A stretch of DNA of 64,000 nt from Octopus vulgaris (lineage: Eukaryota), in assembly GCA_951406725.2 (NCBI GenBank), contig OX597814.1:37758001-37822000 (forward strand), in the 5' to 3' direction. Positions within the stretch are counted from its first letter, which is position 1. Each line of letters starts with the position of its first letter. The position numbers and the translations under genes were made by a program. Shown here in pieces: positions 27,821-41,508 of this stretch. The notes beneath the pieces were generated by a model. That model worked only from the letters and a program-made list of their open reading frames with translations, did not search any database and had not been told where the DNA came from.

Positions 27821-29092
27821 TGAATACATATGTTTTGTAAATGAAGATGTTTTGCTATCGCACACAGAATTTGAAAATAACCGTTCGTTTCACACACACA
27901 TACATACATACATACTGTAATGCAAATATTACACGTTTCTTCTGTCAGGGTAAAAGCAAAAATGAAAACTTTTTTTTATGTAACATATATTTTGCGTCAT
28001 ACCATATGCTTCTAGCACAAAAATTGAACACAGAATATACAATATATTTGTACATAAAAATGTTTTGTTTTATAGTAAATCATATTAACTATTTTACCAT
28101 CTAATATCACGCACTTCAATAGCCAACAATATACACTATATATATATACACACACATACATACAAACACGTGCTTGTTTTCATATAGACTTCTTCAATGT
28201 GTTCGTATATTTGCATGTGATGGAGTACGAAAGCTGTGCCTTATCAATTTTGTGAAACTCCTCGATGTTCATGGTCTTCCTTACAAGTCCACTGAATACA
28301 TAACTAGTTTTATTCACACCTAATTGAAATGTGTTTTAAAGAAGTAGTAAAAAATCTTATTAGTAGCTCGCTGCATTCTGCATGGTACATTACAGGCAGT
28401 GAAAAATATTTTTAATCGTTTTTTGACGCATATCACAGATTTGGGAGTTTATATTGTCAATGTTAGGAGAACAAAGCTTTATATTGTAATTGAATGTGCT
28501 CCTTCGTAAATGATATGATATTGGTATAAGTAATTTCGTCAATTTCCAAAGAAGTTCATTCCTAGATGCAGTACAGTGTAGCTAATATTGCACTAAAATT
28601 TGCAATAAACATACTGAAACATATTCTAACGAAAGCATTATTTTCAAATTGTTTGTCGATATTTTTGTGCATGTGTTCTTGTATGGGATATAGATTTTCA
28701 TTATAGATACATGAAAATCATAAAACGAAACATTTAAAAAATTGATTGCTTGCAATCGGTTCAAGACCTATATTATAAAAGAGACTTCATGAATAAAGGC
28801 ATGGGTGTATAATTAATTTTTAATCAACAAGAATTTATCAAAAAAGTTAATGCAACAATAAATTAAGAAGGTACATTTAGAAAAAGAAATTAGTGCACTT
28901 TTCGAAGGCAATTACTAATATAAACGAGGACGTTGAAGCATTCACTTTGTTGCCACTTATATTTCAGAGAGCTAGAAAATTATTTGTTAATTATTGTCCG
29001 CTATTTACATTAGCTTACCAATATATTTGACAATGAATGTTTGAGATCCGACGTATAAGTTCTTCAATCGCGACGTTTTTTATAGCATTTTG

Positions 29093-29144
29093 CACTGTCT
29101 GACTGTTTCGGCATACGAAAAGGATCACTAGATCATCAGCAATG
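29093..29144 (-). ncRNA. Degenerate hammerhead candidate
   Basis: cattg CTGATGA [23 nt] GAAAC AGTCAGA cagtg: stem I pairs, stem II does not. Confidence 0.35.
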
Positions 29145-29845
29145 ATTCTTTATAACTTGGGCGTTATTTAACTTACAAATAAGATATTTCAGAACACTGG
29201 TACCACGAAGACATATTTCAGAAGAAATTAAACTATAGAAAACTGTAATATTTAACTTCAATGTTTGGAATGAGCCGAAATATTTCATAGTTAAACAAAT
29301 GGAATTCACTTTGGAATAATTTTCGTAAATATCATATATAGTTATAAGGAAATCTCTCTTACAACAATTTACTTAATATATGGATTAGCTTAATATCTAT
29401 CAAGACAGGTTGAGCCGCACAGTCACAATTTTATGATATTATTTACAGAACTCTGCATCTGGTAAACATAATTTTCAGTTATTTTCTTATTTCTATGGTG
29501 AGTTTTAAACCCTCTATGTTAGAAACGACATTTACATTCAAATTTGATTGTGCTCTCAGATAAAATATAAATATGTGCGCTATAAATTTTATTAACTGAG
29601 CCATTAAAAATACACAGAGAGTCTTGCAACGATTAAATTTTAATAGTGTGTTCGTTATATCTACTATCAGCAGTAACATTAAGTTAATACACACACACAC
29701 ACACACACAAAGATATAATATTAATATACATATATATAAATATATATATATAATTATATATATATATATATATGATTATATACATACAGACATATACATA
29801 TAAACATATATATATATATATACACATATAAACATACATATATAT

Positions 29846-29924
<79 letters not shown>

Positions 29925-30656
29925 AATAAAAGAAGGAAAATACATACACTTTACATAGCTTTATATAATTTAAAATTTATCTTATAGTGTTGTAGTGACC
30001 TCACTTAGACTTACCTGAGATTTGAAACAGAATCTACCCTCTTGTTGCTTGTGAAAACAAGCGGAAAAGCATTTATACACCAGATAATCAATGGGGAAAT
30101 ACTTGACCCCCAAGGAAAAGTCAGTCCTTTGTTTAGATTTTGAACTAAATTACCGACAATAGTCTATATAACGGAGATCATTTCCTATCTCTTCCTCTTT
30201 TGTGTCAGCCAGACCAAGGAGCAACACCCCCTTTTGTGTCAACTATGGCTAAGTAGCAATATTTCCCTTCGTCCTTCCCTCGACATACGAAGCAAAGCTT
30301 TCGTCTGGAAGAAAGACGATGCCACCTTTTTCCTTTATTCATTTCTAATCAACATCGTGAATTGTTTACCCTTTCACTCTCTACTAGCAGACAGCAATTT
30401 CTACACTATCAACTACTAACCAGCGAGCCAACCCTTTTGTCACTATAACTACAATTACTACTGTTTCTCTAACGACCTGTCTGGAAAATGAATAAATGTA
30501 TGCAAATAATATTTCTTTTTTCTCGGTGTTGATTCTTCGATATCTTCCGGTTACTCCGATACGAGAACCTTCAAGATTTACATCTATAAGCTACTTTTTG
30601 TAGTGAGCTACATCATATCGTCGTCATATAGCATATCAACTCAACCCACTTCACTG

Positions 30657-32077
30657 TGTTTGCCTCTTTCGCTAATCAGGATATTGAAATTATTGTAATT
30701 TTATATTTTAAGAAGATATAAGTCCATGATATGTGTGAAGAAGCTTATGACTGAACGATTCAACATGTTGAAAAAACTGAGGACGGATAATTGGTGATCG
30801 TTATTATTGGGGATAGCTGAGGTAATTGGTAATCTTTCGGGTGGGGGGGATATACACCAAAATTAAAAAGCTAAAATAGTGAGAGATATGTACAATGATG
30901 GGTATGTAATCATGGATTAAAATATACAATGAGATCAAAGTTGCTTATGCATGTATATATATAGGTGTGTTCTCCATTTTTCGATTAACAAATTGTCTTC
31001 CTTTGAACATTTTTGTTTTGAAATTGTTTCTTTCTGCTGGTAGATGGGGATAACTATGAAGTTTGGTTGGATATTGCCTACACATCTCTGTCTTCACTGC
31101 AAGGAATTTGTCTATAATGCAAGCAAGATCTCAGATGAACACTAACTAAAAGACAATATCCACCAATAATTACAGACGATGGAATTAAGCGGGCTAAAAC
31201 ATTAGACACATAAACATGAAGGAATTCTAAACGTAGCACCACACCGCATCTCAAAACACTACTGTATATATCAACTCACAAACCTAGAAACAACGAGGCA
31301 TATAACACTATTGTACAAAATCTACCTAGGCTCACTAAATATCCTAAAATTAACATTCTGGAAGCACATAAACTCACCACATGTAAAAACCAACACAAAT
31401 AGCAAAAGCTTTAAACAACAATCACGAGTCCAACCGTTAAAAAGGTGGACGCCCAAACTCTGGAACATACTCAACCTTCTGGAATGCCTGGAATTCTTTT
31501 TCAAAGAGAATCTAATTTACCTTATAACCTGTTCAGTTTGTGGGCATAACTATATAGGACAGAGAAGTGTGACAATTACAGGGAGAACCACACTACATAA
31601 GGGACAAATCCGGTACACGCAATACAGAAAGAATACTTTGAGTGAACACATACAATGATGTGCAGATATTATCCAACCAAACTTCATATTTTCCCCATCT
31701 ATAAGTGCAAAAATACAATTCATGTACAAGAACGATTAAATAAAGAAAACTTGTTCATCGAAAAATACAGAACACGCGTAACCAACGTTGGTCTCAGTAT
31801 ATATTTTAATTCATACACATATACCTTTCACTGTACATATTTCATCTCACTACTTTAGCTTTTGAGTTTTCATATATATATATATTCATCCCTTCCTCGA
31901 AAGATGCGCAATTACGTCCCCTGTCCCCACTAATAACGATCACCAATTACTTTCCCTTAGATTTTTCTCCTTATTGAATCATTCATTCACAAATTTCTCC
32001 ACACACAACATGTACTAAAATCTTAAGGAAATACGAAATTACAATAATTTCAATATTATGATACGAGAAAGCGAAAC
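30657..32077 (+). mobile_element. 5'-truncated Penelope-like element: GIY-YIG relic flanked by inverted pLTR copies
   Basis: ENLIYLITCSVCGHNYIGQ..RTTLHKGQIR..LSEHI and IFPIYK..ERLNKENLFIEKY; 30657-30853 is an inverted homologue of 31883-32077. Confidence 0.85.
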
Positions 32078-32440
32078 TTGTCGACAAACGCAATACTATT
32101 TCTCTTATAAAATATATTAAAAATAAGTAAACTCAGTGCATTTTACTTCTTCTATTTTAAGTATGTATTTTTTGCATTACAACTCACCACGTGTGGATAA
32201 TCGAAATTCCCCTCCTCCCATTTTGTTACTATATATATATATATATATATATTATATAAAAGGGCTTAGTAAAATAAATTACTTTGCCGCATACTGAACT
32301 TATTAGAAATAGCAGCTAAAAAACTTTTTTAAAAAGTATTTCTAATACTTAAAGAAAACCTCTCTCATATAGTGTTTGCTCAACTCAACTCACGAAAGTT
32401 TGGGGGTAAAGACATAAAAAAATCAAATGCAAAGGTTATT

Positions 32441-32492
32441 TGAGAACGTACGTTTCAAGATTAGTCAACACGACACTTCTATCATCAGCTCA
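32441..32492 (-). ncRNA. Type I hammerhead motif (inverted copy)
   Basis: Reverse complement of 33023-33074. Confidence 0.65.
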
Positions 32493-33022
32493 GAAACTCC
32501 TTGGTTTGGATTTGAAAACACTGAAAGTGAGAGCATACCCTTTCGGCTTCTCATCGCTTTCGAAGATCTGCTCGTAACTAACAGTGCCAACAAACTCAAA
32601 TATGCAAGCGAAGAATTTCTGTTCTCCCCTTTCCACCAGCGTGGGTTAAAATCAGCAAACACCATGCTTATTTCGGTAAAATCCGAAGCATTAATTAGAG
32701 GGAGATTAATTATAATTTCAACAATTGAGGGTAAAATAAATTAATTATTAATCAATTTCACCAAGTGAAAATTAATTAATTTTACCCTCAATTGTTGAAA
32801 TTATAATTAATCTCCCTCTAATTAATGCTTCGGATTTTACCGAAATAAGCATGGTGTTTGCTGATTTTAACCCACGCTGGTGGATAGGGGAGAACAGAAA
32901 TTCTTCGCTTGCATATTTGAGTTTGTTGGCACTGTTAGTTACGAGCAGATCTTCGAAAGCGATGAGAAGCCGAAAGGGTATGCTCTCACTTCAGTGTTTT
33001 CAAATCCAAACCAAGGAGTTTC

Positions 33023-33074
33023 TGAGCTGATGATAGAAGTGTCGTGTTGACTAATCTTGAAACGTACGTTCTCA
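33023..33074 (+). ncRNA. Type I hammerhead motif
   Basis: tgag CTGATGA t-aga..tct-t GAAAC GTAC GTT ctca: intact core, palindromic stem III, GUU site, imperfect stem II base. Confidence 0.65.
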
Positions 33075-33358
33075 AATAACCTTTGCATTTGATTTTTTTA
33101 TGTCTTTACCCCCAAACTTTCGTGAGTTGAGTTGAGCAAACACTATATGAGAGAGGTTTTCTTTAAGTATTAGAAATACTTTTAAAAAAGTTTTTTAGCT
33201 GCTATTTCTAATAAGTTCAGTATGCGGCAAAGTAATTTATTTTACTAAGCCCTTTTATATAATGTAATAATTTGAATTCGCCTTAAATGGTCCCTTTGCA
33301 TACTGAACACTTGGTGAAATTGATTAATAATTAATTAATTTTACCCTCAATTGTTGAA

Positions 33359-33398
<40 letters not shown>

Positions 33399-33449
33399 AT
33401 GTGTATGCATGTATGTATATATGTATTATGTGTTTGTGTAAGGGGTGAG

Positions 33450-33850
33450 GGGTGACATTTAATTACGATTCAATTCCATTTGGTGTCACCTTGAGCGAAT
33501 GGTTCTAGTATAGCTGCGGGCAGCCCAAGGCATTTTGAGTGTATTTTGTAAAAGGAAACTGAAAGAGGTACATTATATATAATATATATGGGTGTGTCTG
33601 TGAGAGAGAGAGAGAGAGAAAGAGAGAAAGAAAGAAAAATAGAAAGAGAAAGAAATTTCTTTGTGTATTTGTTTACCGCCGCAAGTGTTTGTCAACTCTT
33701 GCTGGTTTGTGTCGGGCCGGTTGCTAAGCGGTTCGCCGGATATCTCGGACAGTATAAATACCAGGTTTAGAAACAAAAACTGGTGCTACTTCATTCGAAT
33801 AAAATGCGAACATTGTGGCTGCAGTCAACTGACTAAAACAAGTAAAAAAT
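33450..33850 (+). mobile_element. Diverged tRNA-derived SINE
   Basis: gtcaccttgagc..ggaaactgaaaga..gcggttcgcc..gcagtcaactgactaaaacaagtaaaa. Confidence 0.7.
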
Positions 33851-35454
33851 AGACTATTAATGGTTATGTTTATATGTGTTAGTGCGCGCGCCGGTGTCCA
33901 TGTCTGTATGTATACATATTGAAATATGTGTGAACATATAATTAAACATGTATTTATATGTGAAGAGAAATAGAGGTGGGGGTGAGAGTGAGGTAAAGTG
34001 ATCTTCAGAGAAAGAGAATAATTGACACACATGTTCGGAAATATGAAAACATTACTTTAAATATTTGAACTTCATATACTTTATTCTTATTTGTATTAAG
34101 TATTTAAAGAAATAATATTTTTTTCTTCTTGCATCCTTATTTTTCCTATTTGCAAGATATGAATTTGATGTTATATCAGAGAGATTTTAAAACTGTTTCT
34201 TTAATGGAAAATAACGAAAAGCTATTTTACCGGAAATCAAAACAACAAAGGAGACGACGCAATTTAATACCGATCACATATACTTGAATATCTTTGCTTT
34301 AATATTATAAAATAAAAAGAAAATATCCGTTATTAGTGAAGAAATACAGTTTTAAGGATGAGCTCAAGTGAATATAGAATTCATGAAGCTGCATTAATTA
34401 TACCCATAATGATTTGCTGTATATTTTTTTCTTGTCTGTGGTGTACGTATACATGTTAGATTTTGCATTTAAGCTCATTCTTTTATTTATAATTTACTGA
34501 TTTATTGAAACTCGTATCTCAAATTACTAAGAGAATATTCTCAGTTGCAATTTTTTTATTGTGCAGAATAAAAGTGAACTGCATCTAAAAGTATTACATA
34601 TATTAATTCAGGACTTAAATTTAAATCATCTCCTAATACAAATTTTCACATCATAGCAAATCTTTTGTAAATATAGGCTCCAATGATATTGTGAAATCGG
34701 AGTTGAATTTTATGCACCGAGTCTGGCAGCTTAATACTGTTTCTTTGGATGGGCAAGTTACCAAACATAACGTCTTAATATTTTCATACGATACATTACC
34801 TATGTATATTCATTTGCATATTGATAACGGAGGGTGTTAGCATTTATCAGGCATCTTTATTCGAGTTGTTTCTATTCTACATTAATTATAGTCAGCAGGT
34901 ACTGTTACGTTTAGTCTATACTTTATTATGCCTAGCTTCTTTGTTAATTTTAATTATGCATAAGCAGAAATTCCATTTATAATATGCAGTGACATATCTC
35001 AATAAATTCAGAAATGAATGTCTCTGGCTTACTCTTATGTGAATGGCAATATTAAAGGTAGCCTAATAGATCCTCAACGGGCATTTTATCTACTAAGGAA
35101 TATGGATTTTTATGAAAGTTAGCAGTCGATCAGTAAATAAAAAAAAAAACGTTCGGATTTCGAAGGTTAAATGGATTCAGGCATTTCGGAGTCTCTTTAG
35201 TCATTAGGAAAATTGTATGTTGAATATATTTAAACAATATTCCAAATTTGTTAATGAAGCAGATGAAAAATCATCATGAACTAAAGAATTTTAGTAAAAT
35301 TAACTCACACTCAAAATACATACAGACATATTCATGAGTATACACAAAATCCATAACTGCACATACATTTACTTCATACTTGCTTGTGAGCTTACTAATT
35401 GATGTGCGTGCTTGGTGATATATAACTTTAAACTCATGATATAAGATTTAACCG

Positions 35455-35815
35455 AATGAAAAACCGCAATAATTCAATGCGTAGATAACTGAAGCGTCCA
35501 CATTTGTTAAGCGTTGGTTTCGTGCTTGCTGTGTAAAGTGCCACATTTTTAGAAGGCTTTTCAGCGATTTGTGTGGCTTTTTGCATTTGTTGAATATATG
35601 TGTTTTCAGAATGCTGTTAATTTTGGATCCCTGGTAATCATAGGCAGATTTTCTACAATAGTGTTGTATACCTCATTTTTTCTAGGGTTGTGCGTTAATA
35701 TATACGGTAGTGTTTTGAGATGAGGTGTGTTGTTCAGTTTTGTTACACATATTGTTTTTATTCCCAATTTCTTAAGACGCTTAATTCCATCGTCTATACG
35801 TTAGGGCGAATATTG
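35455..35815 (-). mobile_element. Penelope-like fragment, same family as 31150-31470
   Basis: Shared gacgatggaattaagcg, catctcaaaacactac, aacactattgta. Confidence 0.8.
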
Positions 35816-36375
35816 CCATTCAGTTAGTGTTGTTTATGTATATGTATATATATATATACACTCGCACACACACGCACACACACAAACACAAACACACCCA
35901 ATCGATCCAACACATACATATATGTATGTATAAAATGAGGCCTTGGAAGGTCCTGGTTTTGTCAATTTTCATGTCACACAGGCGAAAACCTTCTTGGACC
36001 AATAAGAGGATGAAGTAGATTGCAAGCTACACCCACTGAAAATTATTCATCTGCACAGGTACGTCCTGTGCTCTAAATCTTACTAAAATTATTCAATTGG
36101 TTGCTTGGCAGAGACATGAAAATGCACTTTAAACTTACTCTAAAATGTCTATCCATAAAGAGCCGAACTTATCTGCAGGTATTGTTGGTCCAAATCAGAG
36201 GGGCAATCTATGTGGGTATCTTTTCAGAATATGGTTTGGTTTAAAAAGCCACATACAATGCCATGATGGTGCTAAGGTGTAGGTACAGACGGTGGTAAAA
36301 TTATGTATGAGGAGTACACAAACATATAATATGTATATATTTATATATATATAATATGTATATATTTATATATAT

Positions 36376-36508
<133 letters not shown>

Positions 36509-36570
36509 TAGGTATGTTGGTGCAAAAAGGAAAATTAGAACATGTGAGTATATGCATATTCTTATTAATA

Positions 36571-36684
36571 TTTAGCAGAGCGACTCAAGGTCCGAGAATT
36601 TCATGAGTTTGCACTTACCAGACATGATAGCAGTCAACACACACTTCTCTTCGACCTTGAGTCACTCTCCTGCTTTTGCTAAAA
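36571..36684. repeat. Small foldback between TA tracts
   Basis: agagcgactcaaggtc pairs with gaccttgagtcactct; outer tttagca/tgctaaa. Confidence 0.7.
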
Positions 36685-36685
36685 T

Positions 36686-36766
<81 letters not shown>

Positions 36767-37434
36767 CATATGTGTATGTGCGTGTGTGTGTGTGCAAATC
36801 ATATTGATGTACTTATTTTATGTATGTTTATATTTTTATTCAATGGACTGCAACAATGCTGGTACATTGTTTGCTTTCATTTGTATTTACCAATCATGTG
36901 TTGCAATGCACGAAAAATTGATTTATGATTTTGTTAGTAGCAGCTGATCTTCAATAAGTGCAACTTTTGATGTCGTTCGCTATAACTGTTTTATCTGTTA
37001 TTCTAATTAAAATTTTGTCAGACATCTCTTGAATTATACTTCAAGGTCAATTTTATATTTGCCAGGTTGTTCAGTACAAATATTTGAACACTTCAAATGA
37101 TATTAGAAAAGAGTTGAAATTATTTTGGTGCGTGGATGCAGAGGTATTTTATGAAAAGCCAAGCAGTAACCGCCAAACTGTGCATTATCCTATGATAGCA
37201 AAATACGTGCACAACGTACTTGCATGTTTCGAATGTATAGCAACAGTATGCATACCTCTGAAGCAGGCCGAATATTAACAAATAAATTTGATATTTTATA
37301 AGCAACCGCAGTCTGTTTCAACCACATATTCTCGAATAAATAGGGTTCTTTTTAAAATGTTGAAATACCTTGTGTGACACATTTAATCTACGTTCCTCGT
37401 AAGCATTCACAACTCTAAATATCTATCTATCTAC

Positions 37435-37478
<44 letters not shown>

Positions 37479-37485
37479 ATATCTA

Positions 37486-37561
<76 letters not shown>

Positions 37562-38900
37562 CATACATACATATGCATGTATATATGAATTATACGGAAG
37601 CAGTATTAACAGAGAAAGTTAATCTTCATTTTATATTCAACTTGGATACCATTTAGCACACCGAATAGTACAAATGCAAATTCATATCGCAAGAATCGAA
37701 ATCCGCCCGTTAATTGAACCTGGCATATACATAATACATGATTTTGGTCTATTGGTGTTGGTGTGTTGGAAACACTGCTGAACAAAGGAAAATCAAACCC
37801 GCTGTTATGATATATAGAATATAAGCATATTTATGTTACTCTTATATGATACGGGAATTATGATGTCCATGATTGACGAGACCCGTCTGTAATATATATG
37901 AGTTCGCTTTGTGTTCATTTATACCCCAAGCTCCTATATGAAGGATCTCTGAAGATTAAGAACGTATTATTCATGAAAAAAAAAACACATTTTACTTGTT
38001 CTTCAAAGCAATTATGCATTGCAGGCACAGCAAATTAAACTCATTTTAATAATGAAGTTGAATGTTCATCGTCAACAAATGCGTGATATAACACTAGAAT
38101 ATCTGGACACGTGTGGGGAAACCATATCGCCCACATTTCTTGTCTTTCAACTGTGACTATGTCAGGGATAAGACTCCAGACAAAATTTAAAAAATGAAAA
38201 AGTAAAACCGATTTGTTGAGTGAGCAGTAAAAACACATCATTAATACATGATCCTTCATTTCCCCTTAAATAAATACTATAGAATGTTTACTTGGACTCG
38301 TTTTTGATAAATCAAATATCATGTAGCAGCTATTTTCTTTGTTAACAAAAAAGGGACATGCTTTTAAATGTTCAATGCGAGAGAACAAGTACTAGTTGAT
38401 AACACTTTTCTTCCGCTGACTTTTAACCAATGATTATGAATAACACTTTTATGTATATAATTATTATATCATAAGTCTTTTTACTTTCTGTCATATGTCA
38501 TATTCATTGGTGAAAATCTGTAATGTGTCATTCTTATGCAAGGTCTAATAAGCTTAATACATGTGCAATGACCACGCCAAGTAATCCTTTGGTTGACCAA
38601 TTTGTACGTTAATAAATAATTTTTGAGCCCCACTCTTATTCAAATTATATGTGTAACACCGATCAGAATAGACATAATGCGCATTATAGTTCCATATACC
38701 ATATAGTTTTTAAAGTCTAGTTTGAAACGTGTAAAATTGATCCCTATATTATAAAACAAAATCATATAGTAATGAATTCATATACAATCTCTGTGTATGT
38801 TCAACTTCATTCTACACACGTGCGCACACAAACCCACACATGTACACACACAAGCCCACACATACACACAAACAAACACATACACGCACACCCACATACA

Positions 38901-38943
<43 letters not shown>

Positions 38944-39639
38944 CGTGTGTGTGTGTGTGCGTGTTGACGGATGTGGGTGTATGTTATGTATATATGCATA
39001 TTTATATCAGTACTGACTCATTTAATAATTTATAGTATGCAATAAAATTTAATTAGTTTTAAATTGCGTAATGATGTGCATTCTAAGTGAGAAACAAAGT
39101 TTACGTATATTACATAACAATATATTTCCTTTATTCGTAAACAATATTGGCTCTCTCGAAAATGTGTATATATTCAAACTTCGTTCATCTAATGATTAGG
39201 CAGAAATATAAAGAAAATCATCATTTCTGAATATTTTTCTACGTTGAAACACCATGGATTTATAGGAAATAGCATGCAAATCAGAGCGTCCATGTCTACA
39301 ACGCACATTTAATAACAGCAACAGATCACAATGTAAAATAAATTTATGTAACTTATTTCTTAATATCGTTGCTAGTGATAATTTATCGCCTTTTTAAATT
39401 ACAAAAAGCTACTTCTATTCGTTTATATTTTACCTTCATAACGTACGTTATTACGATGCATTGTATTTTGATTATGCATATACGTAGACACGCACACGCA
39501 CACACACACATTCATACATATACGTACACAAACACGCACACATGAACCCACGCATGTATGCACACACGCAAATGCACAATCACACACACGGACACACATG
39601 CAAACACTCATCACACATATACACACACATATACTCTCT

Positions 39640-39847
39640 TTTAATTGTTTCAATCATTAGACTGTGGCCATGCTGGAGCACCGCGTTTAGTCGAATACAT
39701 CGACCCCAGGTTTTATTCTTTATAAGTCTTGTACTAATTCTATCGGTCTGTTTTGCCGAACCGTTAGGAAACGGGGACGTAAACTCATGAGCATCGGTTG
39801 CAAAGCGATGGGGGGAAGGACACAAACACACAAACATATACACACAC

Positions 39848-39900
<53 letters not shown>

Positions 39901-40090
39901 TAATCCAAACATGAAAACACAAAGACAAATCACAACAACGCGAGGACGTAGAACAAATATAGTATTATTGGACGCTCAGGAAGGAAGGGAAGAAGAGGCT
40001 TCTTTCAGTTTCCGTCTACCAAATCCACTCACAAGGCTTTGGTTGGCCAGAGGCTATAGTAGAATACACCTGCCCAATGTGCCACGCACT
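39640..40090 (-). mobile_element. SINE with internal microsatellite and a nested repeat fragment
   Basis: ggccatgctggagcaccgc..tcgaccccagg..tttcagtttccgtctaccaaatccactcacaaggc. Confidence 0.85.
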
Positions 40091-40389
40091 TAACTTTCCA
40101 GAAATTTATAAATTCTTGACTATGCAGTTGAATACCGAACTATCAAATATCTGTTAATGATCATAAAGCGACTAGGGAGTTCGGCAAAAAGATCCATCGA
40201 ATAAGTATTAGTATTACAAAGAATATGTCCTCAGTTAGATTTGGCCGACTAACTTCCTTTTAGGGTTTTAGTTGAGCAGTGTTTAGTATACGAGGTGTGG
40301 CCGTATAATGGAGGAGAAAAGTAGGATGATGGCAACTTATTCTCTAGACCGGAAGATACTTAGCATCCAGGAGCTTATCCCATGAGCTA

Positions 40390-40495
40390 GGACAATTTGT
40401 CCCCGGTTATTTCGTCGCCGGTTAATTAGTCTTCGGACAATTCGGCGTTGTAGAATTCATCCTCAGGTCAATTAGTCCGTGGTCAGTTCGTCTCA
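40390..40495. repeat. Seven degenerate ~15-bp tandem units (consensus about GGWCAATTCGTCNNC)
   Basis: ggacaatttgtcccc/ggttatttcgtcgcc/ggttaattagtcttc/ggacaattcggcgtt/gtagaattcatcctca/ggtcaattagtccgt/ggtcagttcgtctca. Confidence 0.7.
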
Positions 40496-40717
40496 AAATA
40501 TTCTTTAATATAATTCTCTTCCTGATAGTAAACTACAATTTTTTTTCTGTAGAATGTTACTCATTAGCACACGTGGATAAGTGAGGAGGAATAAGATATC
40601 TCATTCGTCTGTTCGAATTCGGAAATACTGATCGTTAGATGTATGTTGTCTGATGTCGCCTGGTCAGATAAGGTATGTTTCATTTTAACAGTGCTCTCAA
40701 ATTTAAAATCCTGAATT

Positions 40718-40800
40718 ACTGTGCTGAAGAGGAGAATGATAGAGTGGAAATATGATTCTCCTTTTTTCACAACTCTGTAACTCCGAAACGCGTACACAGT
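40718..40800 (+). ncRNA. Intact type I hammerhead ribozyme
   Basis: actgtg CTGAAGA ggag[46 nt]ctcc GAAAC GC GTA cacagt: 6-bp stem I, 4-bp stem II, canonical core, GUA site at 40792-40794. Confidence 0.85.
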
Positions 40801-40976
40801 TAATCAAAGGAGGGTGGATTCGTTATTTTTTTCTCTTTACCTGCGTGGGTTGTATTGCTATCTAGGAGATGTTCTTATAGTAGTGAAGTAGTTTTAACTG
40901 CTTTTTCTAAATTTCGGTCTGTGGTGAAGCAAATTTTTATTGAACACTAATTATAATTATACTCATAATTATAAAA

Positions 40977-41020
<44 letters not shown>

Positions 41021-41123
41021 GAAAAGAGGAATTTCGATTATCCCTACGTGGTGAGTTGTAACGTATATAAGAAATTGAAAAAGGAAAATACGCACAATTA
41101 CGTAATTTTAATATAATTTTAAT

Positions 41124-41158
41124 ATACCGACCGGTTTCGCTATCGCTATTCATGATAT
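41124..41158 (-). ncRNA. Hammerhead relic lacking CTG of the core
   Basis: atatc ATGA atagcgatagc GAAAC CG GTC ggtat. Confidence 0.5.
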
Positions 41159-41461
41159 TATGTTTTACATGTTTGAATACGTACTTTTTCTTAAGAAGAA
41201 ATTTTGTCCCTGTTGTGTGTGATGAAATTCACGAGTGAATAACTTCACAAGTAGATAAATAAAGGGAGGTCATTGGTTATCGTTATTATTGTTATTGTTG
41301 TGCTAAGGGAGATAACTCTTCAGCTTTCGGTAATAGGAGGGGCATATATAAGTGTACAAACAAAGACAAGTTTCGAAAACTTTGTTTAGTGAGGGGATTC
41401 ATGTACAGGGTTGCAATCGTGTGTGTGTGTGTATCTATATGTGTTTGTATATTTATATATC

Positions 41462-41508
<47 letters not shown>

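Larger units (their letters stand above)
32251..33360. mobile_element. Hammerhead-containing ~559-nt unit in a near-perfect palindrome with terminal redundancy (retrozyme/pLTR-like)
   Basis: Arms 32251-32746 and 32770-33263 differ at only a few positions; 32771-32801 recurs at 33330-33360. Confidence 0.85.

Noticed and set aside
32427-32744. 105-aa ORF in the left palindrome arm
   Set aside because: No recognisable domain; the mirror arm has a 1-nt indel breaking it.
36180-36270. CGYLFRIWFGLKSHIQCH, C2H2-like peptide
   Set aside because: Single incomplete finger, more likely the C-terminus of a decayed RTE LINE than a host zinc-finger gene.
37066-37278. Open frame after a good acceptor (ttttatatttgccag)
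   Set aside because: No recognisable homology or partner exons.
40390-40495. CRISPR-like array
   Set aside because: Contiguous 15-bp units with no spacers, eukaryotic context, no cas genes.
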